This document shows positions 9,883-19,717 of a stretch of DNA of 64,000 nucleotides, piece by piece (the stretch's first letter is position 1; every line of letters starts with the position of its first letter). The notes beneath the pieces were generated by a model that worked only from the letters and a program-made list of their open reading frames with translations, did not search any database and was not told where the DNA came from. Origin of the DNA: Candidatus Nomurabacteria bacterium (GTDB taxonomy: Bacteria > Patescibacteriota > Patescibacteriia > HK-STAS-PATE-3); assembly GCA_023898465.1 (NCBI GenBank), contig CP060223.1, forward strand, positions 192,001-256,000. The letters run 5' to 3'. Made by a program: the position numbers and the translations under genes.

Positions 9883-11511
9883 ATGCGACATCTTTCCTCC
9901 ATTGGAACGCTGCTTCTCCTCATCATACTAGGGACGACTAATGCTTTGCCTGTGCATGCACAATGGGTCGAACCTGATACTGGTGAATTTCCTACCACCG
10001 GAGGAAGCACGCAAGCGCCTTTAAATACTTCCAACGTAGATCAAACAAAGACTGGATCATTCTTTTTACAGCGCGGCTTAACAGCGGAGAATGGAGTGAG
10101 TTCAAGCGGCGTACTCACGGTACAAAATGGTAATTTGCGTGTTACGCCAGACGGCGGCGGTCAAATTTGTCTCAACGGTGTATGTAAAAGCTCGTTAGAA
10201 ACAAGCTCGGATAACTATGTACGTTTGTCTGCGATTGATCCTGACCTCGGCTTTGTGCTACTCGGTGATGGCTCAACTAACGAAGGTTATTTAGACATTA
10301 GTTCGACCGAAACAATTGGCTTATACGGTATTGCCGGTGATCCTATAACAAAAAACACCTACGGTTTATTGGGTATTGCTGGTGCTGATGATGCTCCGTG
10401 GCCTAATTTTTCAGCCGGTGTTTTTGGTGAGGCTGGTGCAAATACAAGTCAATCGATTGGTTTATCTGGTGTGAGTCCCGATCCAGACGGCCCTGCCTAT
10501 GCAGCCTACTTTAAGGGGCGAGTGAATATTGTGGGATGTCTTGAGTGGAATGGAGGCACTTGCTTAAATGCGTGGCCAAGTGGATTACCAAGCGGTGAGT
10601 ATGTTGCGCTTCTTGAAGATGACGATGAGCCGCAAATAGGAAATATTGATTTATCGACCAGCTCGACAACAGTTTTTACTAGCGTTGTGTTAGGCGATGA
10701 CCCCTCGGGCTTAAGTTTACCTGTGACCTGTGGAGACGGTATTTGCAACAATAGCGAGAGTGGGCTTACTTGTGCGATCGATTGTTTCACCATTATCAAC
10801 CTCCAAGTTACCAATATTACGGATGGCAGTGCTACCGTTACCTGGCGTACGCTGATCAATGCTGATTCATATGTTGAGTATGGATTGACCAGCGATTTTG
10901 GTAGTGATGTATATGATGCCTCGATGGTGACGATGCACTCTTTGCAAATACATAGCTTGAATCATGATACGCATTACTATTTCCGGGTCCGCACAACGAC
11001 CGGCTCGGGCATTTCTCAAACCAGCTCGATACAATCATTCACAACCCTACTTGATCAGACAGCACCTAATGTGCCGGCTAATTTGCGAACTACAACCCCA
11101 GCACCAGATCGAGTGCCATTAGCGTGGTTCCACTCTCAGCTTGATAATCCGGGTGGATCTGGTTTTAAAGAGTTCATTGTTTATCGTGATGGATCACCCT
11201 ACGACACTACCGGTAATACCTACTATGTAGATTATTTCCCAGATCCTGGATATGACCACGTCTATTGGGTGACTGCTGTGGATAATCGTAACAATGAGTC
11301 AGAGGCTTCAAATCCACTTATCGTGCATGTACCAACTCCGTGTATTAGCGACCTTGACTGTACTGATCCGCAGTATCCAGTTTGTTATGGTGCATTGGGG
11401 TGTGGCACACCTCCGCCCGGAGGCTCGCCAGTCATGCTTAAAGAAATTCCCTTAGAGTATTCCCAATATCAGGATCCAGGTGGTTGGGATGAAGGAGGTG
11501 GCTGGTACTAA
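9883..11511 (+). CDS. Secreted surface protein, paralog B (N-domain + CGDG Cys knot + 2 FN3 domains + Cys-rich C-terminal tail)
   Basis: Signal peptide (…PVHA|QWVEPD); TCGDGICNNSESGLTCAIDC; FN3-like regions (…VTNITDGSATVTWRT… and …ANLRTTTPAPDRVPLAWF…YWVTAVDNRNNESEAS…); tail C…C…C…GGSPVMLKE. Confidence 0.6.
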   Translation: MRHLSSIGTLLLLIILGTTNALPVHAQWVEPDTGEFPTTGGSTQAPLNTSNVDQTKTGSFFLQRGLTAENGVSSSGVLTVQNGNLRVTPDGGGQICLNGVCKSSLETSSDNYVRLSAIDPDLGFVLLGDGSTNEGYLDISSTETIGLYGIAGDPITKNTYGLLGIAGADDAPWPNFSAGVFGEAGANTSQSIGLSGVSPDPDGPAYAAYFKGRVNIVGCLEWNGGTCLNAWPSGLPSGEYVALLEDDDEPQIGNIDLSTSSTTVFTSVVLGDDPSGLSLPVTCGDGICNNSESGLTCAIDCFTIINLQVTNITDGSATVTWRTLINADSYVEYGLTSDFGSDVYDASMVTMHSLQIHSLNHDTHYYFRVRTTTGSGISQTSSIQSFTTLLDQTAPNVPANLRTTTPAPDRVPLAWFHSQLDNPGGSGFKEFIVYRDGSPYDTTGNTYYVDYFPDPGYDHVYWVTAVDNRNNESEASNPLIVHVPTPCISDLDCTDPQYPVCYGALGCGTPPPGGSPVMLKEIPLEYSQYQDPGGWDEGGGWY

Positions 11512-14500
11512 TGCGCTATTTCCAACTTCATTTACGTAAACGTTTAACAAATCTGGTGACTTTTGGATTAGCCGTACTTATGCTCGGCGTACTTATGATT
11601 GCTAGCCGTTTCGTAGGTAACGCAAATGCAGAATTTGGACTGACACCACGGTGGTCAACTGAGCCTCATGTGGGAGATAGTTCAGTCTACATTGGTCCAT
11701 GGTCAGCACCGATACAAAACTCTGCTTCCAGTCGACTCTTTGTATATACCGATGATATTCCTGGCGGGGATCGCAATAATTACGTGTTCCGTGTGAACGA
11801 TGATGGTAGCTCAGTGTTAGGAACCAAACTCACTCCAGCGCTAAATGTGGGAACAAACCAGGGAAATAATTTTGGCTTTGTCTCAGATGGTATCGGCGGC
11901 GCTTACGTTGGTTGGACCTCTAACGTTATTGGGGTGGGGTATAACAACGTCATTGCTCGAGTAGGTTCAAGTGGTAATTTGCAGTGGGTGCGTGCAAACA
12001 ATGATGCCGTGGGTGTATCTGAAGTAAACTGGGGACAGTATTTAGCCTCAGACACGAGTGGCAATGCGCTTATTACTTACTTTAAGGGTAGTTCTGTGTG
12101 TGCGATGAAGCTTAGTCGAGCAACTGGTGTGAGTCAGTGGTCATCATCAGCCAATTGTACCGTGGGAGCTCGATCTGCCCGTGAAATTTATCACTCTAGT
12201 TCAAATGCCATTGTGCGAGGCATGATTTCTGATCAACAGGGCGGCATGATTGTGCTACATCGCGATGGCGCAGGAAGCATTTTGCATGCCACTCGAGTAA
12301 ATAGTACTGGTACCGTACTCTGGACAGTAAGCATTACCGATGCTACTGGTGGTTCTCCAACTGGATTAGAATTATTTGCCAAGACTCCAGATACTTTTTA
12401 TGCGATTTGGCGTAAGAGCTCATCAAACTTTATTCAAGCTTTTCACACCTCAGATGGAAGTGCTGCCTGGGTTAACCCCCTCCTCTTTGCTGAATCGAAT
12501 AGCTATGATCCATCAAGTCAATTTGATCGAGCAAAGTTTGTTTGGAGTGGAGCCGATGAGTTGGCCACCGCTTGGCGGCGAACATCTGATAGCGCCCTGG
12601 TAACGAATCGCATTAATGTGGAAACGGGCGCGAAGCGTTGGGCTTCCGACGTTGTAGTGACGACCGAAGCTGAGGATAATAACTATAAAGTGGCAGGGAC
12701 GGCTCAGGGAGTCACCTTCTTTGCCTATTGTCATGATAATGTGCCATCTGATTCAGCACTTTGTGAAATGCAGGGAGTGAGTGCGGGCGGAGCGCTTGTC
12801 TTTTCTGCTGACGGAGTTGATGTTCGACGGAGTAAACCAGATGACATGCAATTCGGTCTGCACACCGTTACTTCATCGACAAGTAACACATATTGTTTGG
12901 ATGAGGGCTTCCGACGTATTGGAGAATCTGTTGGTGCACAAAGTTATTGTCTGAATAGTTTACCTACAGTTTCAGATCCGATTTGTAGTATTGATAACGG
13001 TAGTAATTTTGTACTTTGTTCTGATGCACAACAGGGTTCAACGGTGAGTCACGTGCAAGTAACCTGTGACCCAGGAGATTTTGTCCCACTTTCAGAAGGT
13101 ATGGTAGCAAATACTAGTGGAGTGCACGAGGATTCTGCCTTTATTGAGGGTCGCTATGTGGTATATCGCTATCTTGACTCCGGTCCTCGATGGAAAGTGT
13201 ACGCGTACGATTTAGGTCCTGATCAGCAGTTTGGTACGGGTGATGACCTAGGCACAAAAATTTTGGTGGATGAGGGGAGTATTGATACCTACCCACAAGA
13301 TATTAAGAATGGAAGAATTTTATATTGGCGTTCAGCTGGTGGCACGGCCTCTTTGCGTTTTTATAACCTCAGTGATGACTCGATAGATCCAGGCACCTTA
13401 ACGAGCGTCGCCTTTTCTTCAATTTCTGGCTACGATGGACGCTACTTAGTCTATGCACCTAGCGGCACAACCAACTTGAGTGTGAAAGATTTAGGTGTGG
13501 ACGAGGTGCTCGGTACGGCTGATGACGGGGGAAGCACTCAGCTTAATTCGACGCCCATGGCAAACTATGCCCGGGTGAGTGGACGTTATGCAGTTGGGCA
13601 CTCCACCGGTGGTTTAGATGATATCTATCTCTTCGATCTTACTTCGATTACACAAACACCTGTATATAGCAATGCTTCGGTGCAAGCTGATGTGCCAGAT
13701 ATCCAAGGACGATATATTGCTTGGATGGATTTTCGTAATGATCCAAATGGGTACGATGATGGCAGCGGCACCAGCAATGGCGACATCTTCATTTATGACA
13801 TGGGTCCAGATGAACAATACGGCACCTCTGATGATATCGGTGAATCACAAATCAGCGCCTCGGCGAAAAAAGATAGCTCACCGCGGATTGCCGGTACAAA
13901 GATTCTCTGGCATCAAACACAGAATGGCGGCGCGTCCGATGCAAATCAAAACGTTATGATGTACGACCTCGGACCGGATGGTGAATATGGTACGGCCGAC
14001 GATACTTCAGAAACCCAATTAACCAATAGTCTTAATAATGAATACTGGCCACGCGGAGATGGTGAGAACATTGTTTGGTTAAGCGATCAAAACGGTCCAG
14101 CAAATACCGATATTTTTATTACACCAGCTGGAATTGGTGCTGCATCAATAAGCGAAGTTCGCTTCACTATGACTGCGCCATCTGGTACGCGTTATGTTGA
14201 TCAAGTAGCTGGTGAGGTGAATGCTTCAACGTATACTCTTTATTACCCTGAGCTCATTGACGAAGAGGGGCAGTGGACGGTACAAGCCACTTGTGAAGAT
14301 GTGGCTGGACAAACAGTGCAGCGTGAAAGTATTTGGGATGTTGGACCTTGGCCTTTTAGTGATCAGCAAAAACTTTCTGTCTACGACGGAGTAGCGCAAA
14401 TTTCTAAGAATTCCGGTGATACGATGGAGATAGGTAATGCTGGACGCGATATTACCTCGAATGGAAATATTTACATCCGCCCGAATAACAGTTACGCGGG

Positions 14501-15020
14501 AGCGTACTTCGAAGGCGTAGCTTCAACTGGATCGCAGCGACTCCATCTACCCTATGGTGTGCCAGGTCAACACACTGTCTTTGCCAAGGGCACAGGTACG
14601 GTAAATAGCGCAGATGGTGCGAGTGGAATTGCAGGAATTTTTACAGGACTCTCTAATAATGCAGGTGGCAGTGGGGTTTACGGTGATGTAATGAGTTGTG
14701 CAAGCAGCGGTGGATGTGCCGCAGGGTATTTCCAGGGTGGAGATCAGATTGGCCTCTACGCCTCGACAAACAATGCCTCTTTACCAGCCCTACGAGCAGA
14801 AAACGCTGCCACACCAAATGCATCTACGCTGAATATGTCCGCACTCTTTACGGGTAAGGTGCAAGTGAGTCAGGACCTCTCCGGTTCATTTAGCCCTGAT
14901 GCCTGTGTATGGGTGACGGTAGACGTGGGCGATACTGTGTGTCCAAACGAAGGCTTTGTCTTTGGTTACGATAGCACCAGTTTCGGAGTAGCTGATAAAC
15001 TTTATTGTTGCGGAAACTAA
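11511..15020 (+). CDS. Large secreted surface protein, paralog C (PQQ-like beta-propeller + repeated GPD/GTxDD blades + Ig-like modules + conserved C-terminal CC domain)
   Basis: 1169 aa; signal peptide; PQQ-like repeats (…SGNLQWVRANND…, …GTVLWTVSITD…); four YDLGPDxxYGTxDD repeats; C-terminal ~210 aa homologous to 16671 and 17461 genes, ending …KLYCCGN. Confidence 0.6.
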   Translation: MRYFQLHLRKRLTNLVTFGLAVLMLGVLMIASRFVGNANAEFGLTPRWSTEPHVGDSSVYIGPWSAPIQNSASSRLFVYTDDIPGGDRNNYVFRVNDDGSSVLGTKLTPALNVGTNQGNNFGFVSDGIGGAYVGWTSNVIGVGYNNVIARVGSSGNLQWVRANNDAVGVSEVNWGQYLASDTSGNALITYFKGSSVCAMKLSRATGVSQWSSSANCTVGARSAREIYHSSSNAIVRGMISDQQGGMIVLHRDGAGSILHATRVNSTGTVLWTVSITDATGGSPTGLELFAKTPDTFYAIWRKSSSNFIQAFHTSDGSAAWVNPLLFAESNSYDPSSQFDRAKFVWSGADELATAWRRTSDSALVTNRINVETGAKRWASDVVVTTEAEDNNYKVAGTAQGVTFFAYCHDNVPSDSALCEMQGVSAGGALVFSADGVDVRRSKPDDMQFGLHTVTSSTSNTYCLDEGFRRIGESVGAQSYCLNSLPTVSDPICSIDNGSNFVLCSDAQQGSTVSHVQVTCDPGDFVPLSEGMVANTSGVHEDSAFIEGRYVVYRYLDSGPRWKVYAYDLGPDQQFGTGDDLGTKILVDEGSIDTYPQDIKNGRILYWRSAGGTASLRFYNLSDDSIDPGTLTSVAFSSISGYDGRYLVYAPSGTTNLSVKDLGVDEVLGTADDGGSTQLNSTPMANYARVSGRYAVGHSTGGLDDIYLFDLTSITQTPVYSNASVQADVPDIQGRYIAWMDFRNDPNGYDDGSGTSNGDIFIYDMGPDEQYGTSDDIGESQISASAKKDSSPRIAGTKILWHQTQNGGASDANQNVMMYDLGPDGEYGTADDTSETQLTNSLNNEYWPRGDGENIVWLSDQNGPANTDIFITPAGIGAASISEVRFTMTAPSGTRYVDQVAGEVNASTYTLYYPELIDEEGQWTVQATCEDVAGQTVQRESIWDVGPWPFSDQQKLSVYDGVAQISKNSGDTMEIGNAGRDITSNGNIYIRPNNSYAGAYFEGVASTGSQRLHLPYGVPGQHTVFAKGTGTVNSADGASGIAGIFTGLSNNAGGSGVYGDVMSCASSGGCAAGYFQGGDQIGLYASTNNASLPALRAENAATPNASTLNMSALFTGKVQVSQDLSGSFSPDACVWVTVDVGDTVCPNEGFVFGYDSTSFGVADKLYCCGN

Positions 15021-16681
15021 TGCATTCAAAACTACGCATCTCAATTTTCTTTCTCGCTACAATCATTGTAGGAACCTTTGCTTTCAGGGCGATGGCTTTT
15101 ATCGAGCCGGATGATTTCCCGCCCAGTGATACAACGAGCGCACCAGTATTGACTGGTCCACAGGATCAGACTCGTCAGGGACCCCTGACAGTGCAAGGCA
15201 ACGTTAGCGCTTCCGGACCTTTAATTACTCGTGATAGTGAAATCGTTACCTCCGGTGATGTTACGGTGAGCGGTGGTGCTTCAATTTGTTTGAATGGAGA
15301 TTGTATTAACGCATGGACAGCGGCACTTGGTGATTTTGTTCGTCTCTCGCCACCGTCATCTGACGACGGATATATTCACTTGCAAGGTGGGGCTACTTTC
15401 CAAGCTGCCACTGACGCTGACTTTGCTCTATATTCTCGCGCCATTGCTCCGACAGCTAGTGCGAGTTATGGCTTTTATGGCAAGTCTTGGACTGGTCCAG
15501 TTACGAATAACTATAGCTACGGCGTACTTGGAGTGGCAGCTCATGAGGGAATAAATCCCGGAGCCCTAGCTTATGGCATTTTTGGCTGGAATGGAGATAA
15601 CCTCAATGCCTATGCAGGCTATTTCACTGGGAATGTTCAGTTAGTGAATAACTCGGAACTTTGTCTGACTGATGGTTTCACTATTGACTGTCGAACCACT
15701 TGGCCAAATGGAGCACCGGGCGAAGAATTTCTCCTCTTACAAAATACTTGGCCTACTTCAAGTCAGATTGGAAACACCGCGGTGAGTGGAAATGCGCAAT
15801 TTGCGAATGCGCTGTTGGGTGATCCGGGCGCCGGCACTCTTACCTGTGGCGACGGATTTTGTTCCGAGGATGCGATCAGTTGTCCAATTGACTGCCCGAC
15901 GATAACGAACATCGATGCGGAGTGGCTGACCTCTAGCAGCGCCCAGTTTACCTGGACTTCAAATACGACGATGACCTCAGTAGTTCAGTTTGGTCTTTCA
16001 GATCTCTATGGTGGACAAGACATTGACGGTTCATATGTCACAAGTCATTCAATCACCATTGAGGGCCTAGATAGCGATCAGGATTATCATTACCGCGTTG
16101 GTGGTCTGACGGAAAATTCTGGTGCAGCTGTGTTTTCCTCAGATCAAATATTGTCAGCCAGCGTGGTTGATATTGATCCTCCGCCAGTTCCGAGTGGATT
16201 AGTACTTGATGTGCATATTCCACCTCCATCTCCAACAGAAATCATCGACTTAACCTGGGCTCATGATTTGAGCGATAACCCAGTGGGTGGAAGTGGTTTT
16301 AAAGAATTTCATATCTATCGATTAGACTGGTCAGTTGGTCCTCCCTTTGTAATGATTGGCACCACCACCGATTTGAATTTCATTGATGATTCAGGGGATT
16401 TGAGTCAGACAAATGATTATACCTATAGTGTCACTGCAGTGGATAATAATGGCAATGAGTCAGATCCTTTCGAGCGAGCAGTGCACATTCCAGCGAGGTG
16501 TTCTTTTGATGTGGAATGTGGCGTTGATCCGGGATATCCTTTCTGCTGTACATGGAATGAAGGTGATAAAGCCTGTAGCGCAACTTCTTGTAAAGGAGGC
16601 GGGTCTCCAATTATGTTGAAGGAAGACCCTCCGCCATTAGGGCCACCTCCATGTAACGGTCCTGATTGTTATGGACCATAA
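15005..16681 (+). CDS. Secreted surface protein, paralog D (N-domain + CGDG knot + 2 FN3 + Cys-rich tail)
   Basis: Signal peptide (…FRAMA|FIEPDD); ICLNGDC, TCGDGFCSEDAISCPIDC, FN3 regions, tail …CCTWNEGDKACSATSCKGGGSPIMLKE…; alternative start at 15020 overlapping upstream stop. Confidence 0.6.
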   Translation: MLRKLMHSKLRISIFFLATIIVGTFAFRAMAFIEPDDFPPSDTTSAPVLTGPQDQTRQGPLTVQGNVSASGPLITRDSEIVTSGDVTVSGGASICLNGDCINAWTAALGDFVRLSPPSSDDGYIHLQGGATFQAATDADFALYSRAIAPTASASYGFYGKSWTGPVTNNYSYGVLGVAAHEGINPGALAYGIFGWNGDNLNAYAGYFTGNVQLVNNSELCLTDGFTIDCRTTWPNGAPGEEFLLLQNTWPTSSQIGNTAVSGNAQFANALLGDPGAGTLTCGDGFCSEDAISCPIDCPTITNIDAEWLTSSSAQFTWTSNTTMTSVVQFGLSDLYGGQDIDGSYVTSHSITIEGLDSDQDYHYRVGGLTENSGAAVFSSDQILSASVVDIDPPPVPSGLVLDVHIPPPSPTEIIDLTWAHDLSDNPVGGSGFKEFHIYRLDWSVGPPFVMIGTTTDLNFIDDSGDLSQTNDYTYSVTAVDNNGNESDPFERAVHIPARCSFDVECGVDPGYPFCCTWNEGDKACSATSCKGGGSPIMLKEDPPPLGPPPCNGPDCYGP

Positions 16682-17459
16682 GTATATGCAAATGCAAAAA
16701 CATCAATTCGTACTAATATTTGGAACTGTGCTTTTCTCTGCTCTCTTCCTGGTCAGTAGTGCCTTGCCTGAAAAAGGGTATGCGGCTACACCTTTTGGAG
16801 GAAACAGCAATAAGCGCTTGTCTATTTATAATGGTACTTTATTACTTGATGGTAGCGCACAATTGCGCTTAGGTAATGCCGGTCGCGATATTCAAGCAAG
16901 CGGGACTCTGTATCTGCGTCCTGATGGAAGCGCGCGTGGCTCCTTCTTCAGCGGTGTTACCAATGATGTTGGTCAGCGCCTTTCATTAACTGGCGGCATT
17001 AGTGGCAGTGATACTATCCAAGCCTCCTGGATCGGAACGAATGGAGTAGACGAAACTCGAGGCGCGGTCACTGGTTATTTCCACGGCGCTCCTGATAGTG
17101 CGGTTGGTGCCGCAATTTTTGGTGAAGTACAATCATGTGGTGTTGGGCAAACCTGTTACGCTGGTTACTTTGCCGGTGGCCAAAGCACAGGAGTGCAAAC
17201 GTATACGGCGACAAATCCAAACGGTGGAGCTACTCCTGCTTTGCAAGTATTAAATGCTGATGCAAATGGCGTAGCCGCTTCCTTTACCGGTAATGTGCAG
17301 ACAAATCGGCTTATTCTCGATAATAATACTCGTTCTGCGTGTACCTGGGAGTCGGTAAGCGGTGCAGAATTAGTCTGCCCTAGCGGAAAATTATTAGCCG
17401 GTGTCCGAGCGAGTAATACAGACCCAGTCATTTCTGATATTTATTGTTGTGAGCTGTAA
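16671..17459 (+). CDS. Secreted protein E: signal peptide + stand-alone copy of the conserved C-terminal 'CC' domain
   Basis: 262 aa; aligns over its whole mature length to C-termini of 11511 and 17461 genes (LGNAGRDI…, …SCGVGQTCYAGYF…, …CTW…VCPSG…IYCCEL). Confidence 0.6.
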   Translation: MDHKYMQMQKHQFVLIFGTVLFSALFLVSSALPEKGYAATPFGGNSNKRLSIYNGTLLLDGSAQLRLGNAGRDIQASGTLYLRPDGSARGSFFSGVTNDVGQRLSLTGGISGSDTIQASWIGTNGVDETRGAVTGYFHGAPDSAVGAAIFGEVQSCGVGQTCYAGYFAGGQSTGVQTYTATNPNGGATPALQVLNADANGVAASFTGNVQTNRLILDNNTRSACTWESVSGAELVCPSGKLLAGVRASNTDPVISDIYCCEL

Positions 17460-17460
17460 T

Positions 17461-19716
17461 ATGCAATTCCCGCGATTACATAAACTACACATTTTAAGCG
17501 CGATGTTCATCGCAGTGCTTGGTTTAGGTGTCGCAGTTGGTGCCTACACCTATTCAAACTGGACTCGACAGCAAAAAGGAGCCGAGAATACGAGCGCTAG
17601 TACTGATAATGGTCCAACCGCGAACGTGGTGCAGGGGACGGTGTCGGGTTGTGTAAGCGGTACCACGCAAACGGTTGATTGGACGATGGTACGAGATGGA
17701 GAGCTTATCGTTGTTGCACATTCTGAGTCACAGGAAAAACTTTGCATTTATGATTATAACAGCGTTGCCACTTCACCGATTCGACAATATGACATGACTC
17801 AATCCGAGCGAAGTCCGGTTGTGGTAGGGGATGTGCTCTATCGAGTCAAAAAAGGCTTAAGTCCAATTCAAGTAGAGGCACGTTCACTCATCGATGGATC
17901 AGTGCTGTGGACAAAAACGATTAGCTCAACTGCGGTGGGTAGTACTTACAATGTAATAACCGCAGCTAATGGCAATCTCTATATCGGAGCGAAATTTAAT
18001 GGATCCGAGCAGAGAGTGCTCGCACTGCAGCAGATTGATGGTCAGCTGTTATGGATGCGCACTATTGAGCCAAGCTTTGGCTTTTCGACCAGCGTTGAAC
18101 AGCTTGGCGCCTTAGCAGTTAGTAGTGATCAAGTGTTTATCCAATTTGTTGAAGGTTCGCTGTCTGATGGTCGGGTTGGTTATCGTGCGCTTAATGCGAG
18201 TACTGGAGCCGTGAACTGGACTGCCGGTCCTTATGGTTCCGGAGTGATTCGGACCAGAGCGTCACTAATTTACGCTGATAATGCTATTTATGCTGCGCCT
18301 GATGCATATATTTCTCTCAGTTCAGCTACTGGAAATCAAACCTGGAATCAAGCAATGGCAGCTACGAATGAGGCCTTAAGTATCGCCTATAGCAGCACTA
18401 AGGTGTACTACTCCGAGCGACGAAGCACGCAATACGCCTATCTCGCTCGAAGTGCTATAAACGGCGGTTTGTCATGGACAGCTGGAAATTATAACGGCTC
18501 TATTGGTGATGGTCCCCTTGTCGTAGTAAATAACAACTTCCTATATCACTGCGCAAATAGTACCTTGCGAGGCATTTCCACTGTGACTGGTTTTGTTACG
18601 TTCACGGGAGTTGCGCCCACCTTCTGCAATGCCGCTGCAGTATATAATGGAATATTGTATGTGAATGGTAATGCCGGCTCAGTAGACCAAGGTAAAGTGC
18701 GTTTAATCGCAAATACTTTGCCCGCAAGCGCTACAACAACAGTTGGTGTGCCGACATGTAGCATTGATAATGGTTCTAATTACGTTGATTGCGCGAACTT
18801 ACAATATGGCGCGATTGTGACACATGCTCGGACAACCTGTACGAGTACTGCAGGAGTAAAAGAGGTGCAGTTCACCTTAACAGGGCCCGCCGGTACACAA
18901 TACTCCTCAGTAAAAGCACAAACAGTCGTCGGTGCTACCTATACTACACATGCGCCGGGAACGCTCGTAGGTAGTGGGCAATGGACCCTGACGGCAAAGT
19001 GCGTGAATAGCATTAATGAGAGTACATCGAATCAAAAGATTTGGACTGTTGGATCTGCTCCAAGTGAAGGATCTCAGAAGCTTTCTATTTACGAAGGAAG
19101 CGCTCGCTTTACTGATGGTGAGACTATGGAAGCGGGTGCGCTCAGCGGAGATGCAAATATCGACTGGATTGGCTCTGATAGTATTTATGTTCGTCCAAAC
19201 ACTTCAAACGGTTCTTCATTCTTCCAAGGTGTTTCAGCACTTGATCGGCAAAGCCTCTATTTAAGCGGCGGCATTAATGCGAAACCAAGCTTGGAAGCAG
19301 TTGGTTTAGGACAAAATGGAGTACCGTACCTAGGCTCTGCTATTGCCTCAACTTTTGATGGGGCTAGTTTTTCCTCCGGTGGCGGTGCAATTTACGGAGG
19401 AGTGAGTAGTTGCGGGGCAGGGAAAACTTGCTACGCAGGATACTTCAATAACAGCTCCGAAACTGGCTATGGTATTCTCGTTACGAATAACTCCGCGTCG
19501 CAACCTACGCTTCGGGCGGAAAATTTAGCCGGTGGCACTGCAGCCAATTTCGTGGGCGTAGCTAAGGTGAGTGGCGATCTACAGGCAGATAATAATACGG
19601 TGAATAGTTGTACCTGGACACCAGTGAGTGCAAAAGAATGTCCGGCTGGGACTGTCGCCTCTGGTATGCGATTTAGCGGAGGAGTGGTGAGCGAATATAA
19701 TTGTTGTAGTCTCTAA
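17461..19716 (+). CDS. Large secreted surface protein, paralog F (PQQ-like beta-propeller + Ig-like modules + C-terminal CC domain)
   Basis: Start taken at ATG 17461 just after upstream stop (ORF track begins 17401); PQQ-like repeats (…DGSVLWTKTISS…, …DGQLLWMRTIEP…); Ig-like modules paralogous to 11511 gene (CSIDNGSNYVDC…); tail …EYNCCSL. Confidence 0.6.
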   Translation: MQFPRLHKLHILSAMFIAVLGLGVAVGAYTYSNWTRQQKGAENTSASTDNGPTANVVQGTVSGCVSGTTQTVDWTMVRDGELIVVAHSESQEKLCIYDYNSVATSPIRQYDMTQSERSPVVVGDVLYRVKKGLSPIQVEARSLIDGSVLWTKTISSTAVGSTYNVITAANGNLYIGAKFNGSEQRVLALQQIDGQLLWMRTIEPSFGFSTSVEQLGALAVSSDQVFIQFVEGSLSDGRVGYRALNASTGAVNWTAGPYGSGVIRTRASLIYADNAIYAAPDAYISLSSATGNQTWNQAMAATNEALSIAYSSTKVYYSERRSTQYAYLARSAINGGLSWTAGNYNGSIGDGPLVVVNNNFLYHCANSTLRGISTVTGFVTFTGVAPTFCNAAAVYNGILYVNGNAGSVDQGKVRLIANTLPASATTTVGVPTCSIDNGSNYVDCANLQYGAIVTHARTTCTSTAGVKEVQFTLTGPAGTQYSSVKAQTVVGATYTTHAPGTLVGSGQWTLTAKCVNSINESTSNQKIWTVGSAPSEGSQKLSIYEGSARFTDGETMEAGALSGDANIDWIGSDSIYVRPNTSNGSSFFQGVSALDRQSLYLSGGINAKPSLEAVGLGQNGVPYLGSAIASTFDGASFSSGGGAIYGGVSSCGAGKTCYAGYFNNSSETGYGILVTNNSASQPTLRAENLAGGTAANFVGVAKVSGDLQADNNTVNSCTWTPVSAKECPAGTVASGMRFSGGVVSEYNCCSL

Positions 19717-19717
19717 T

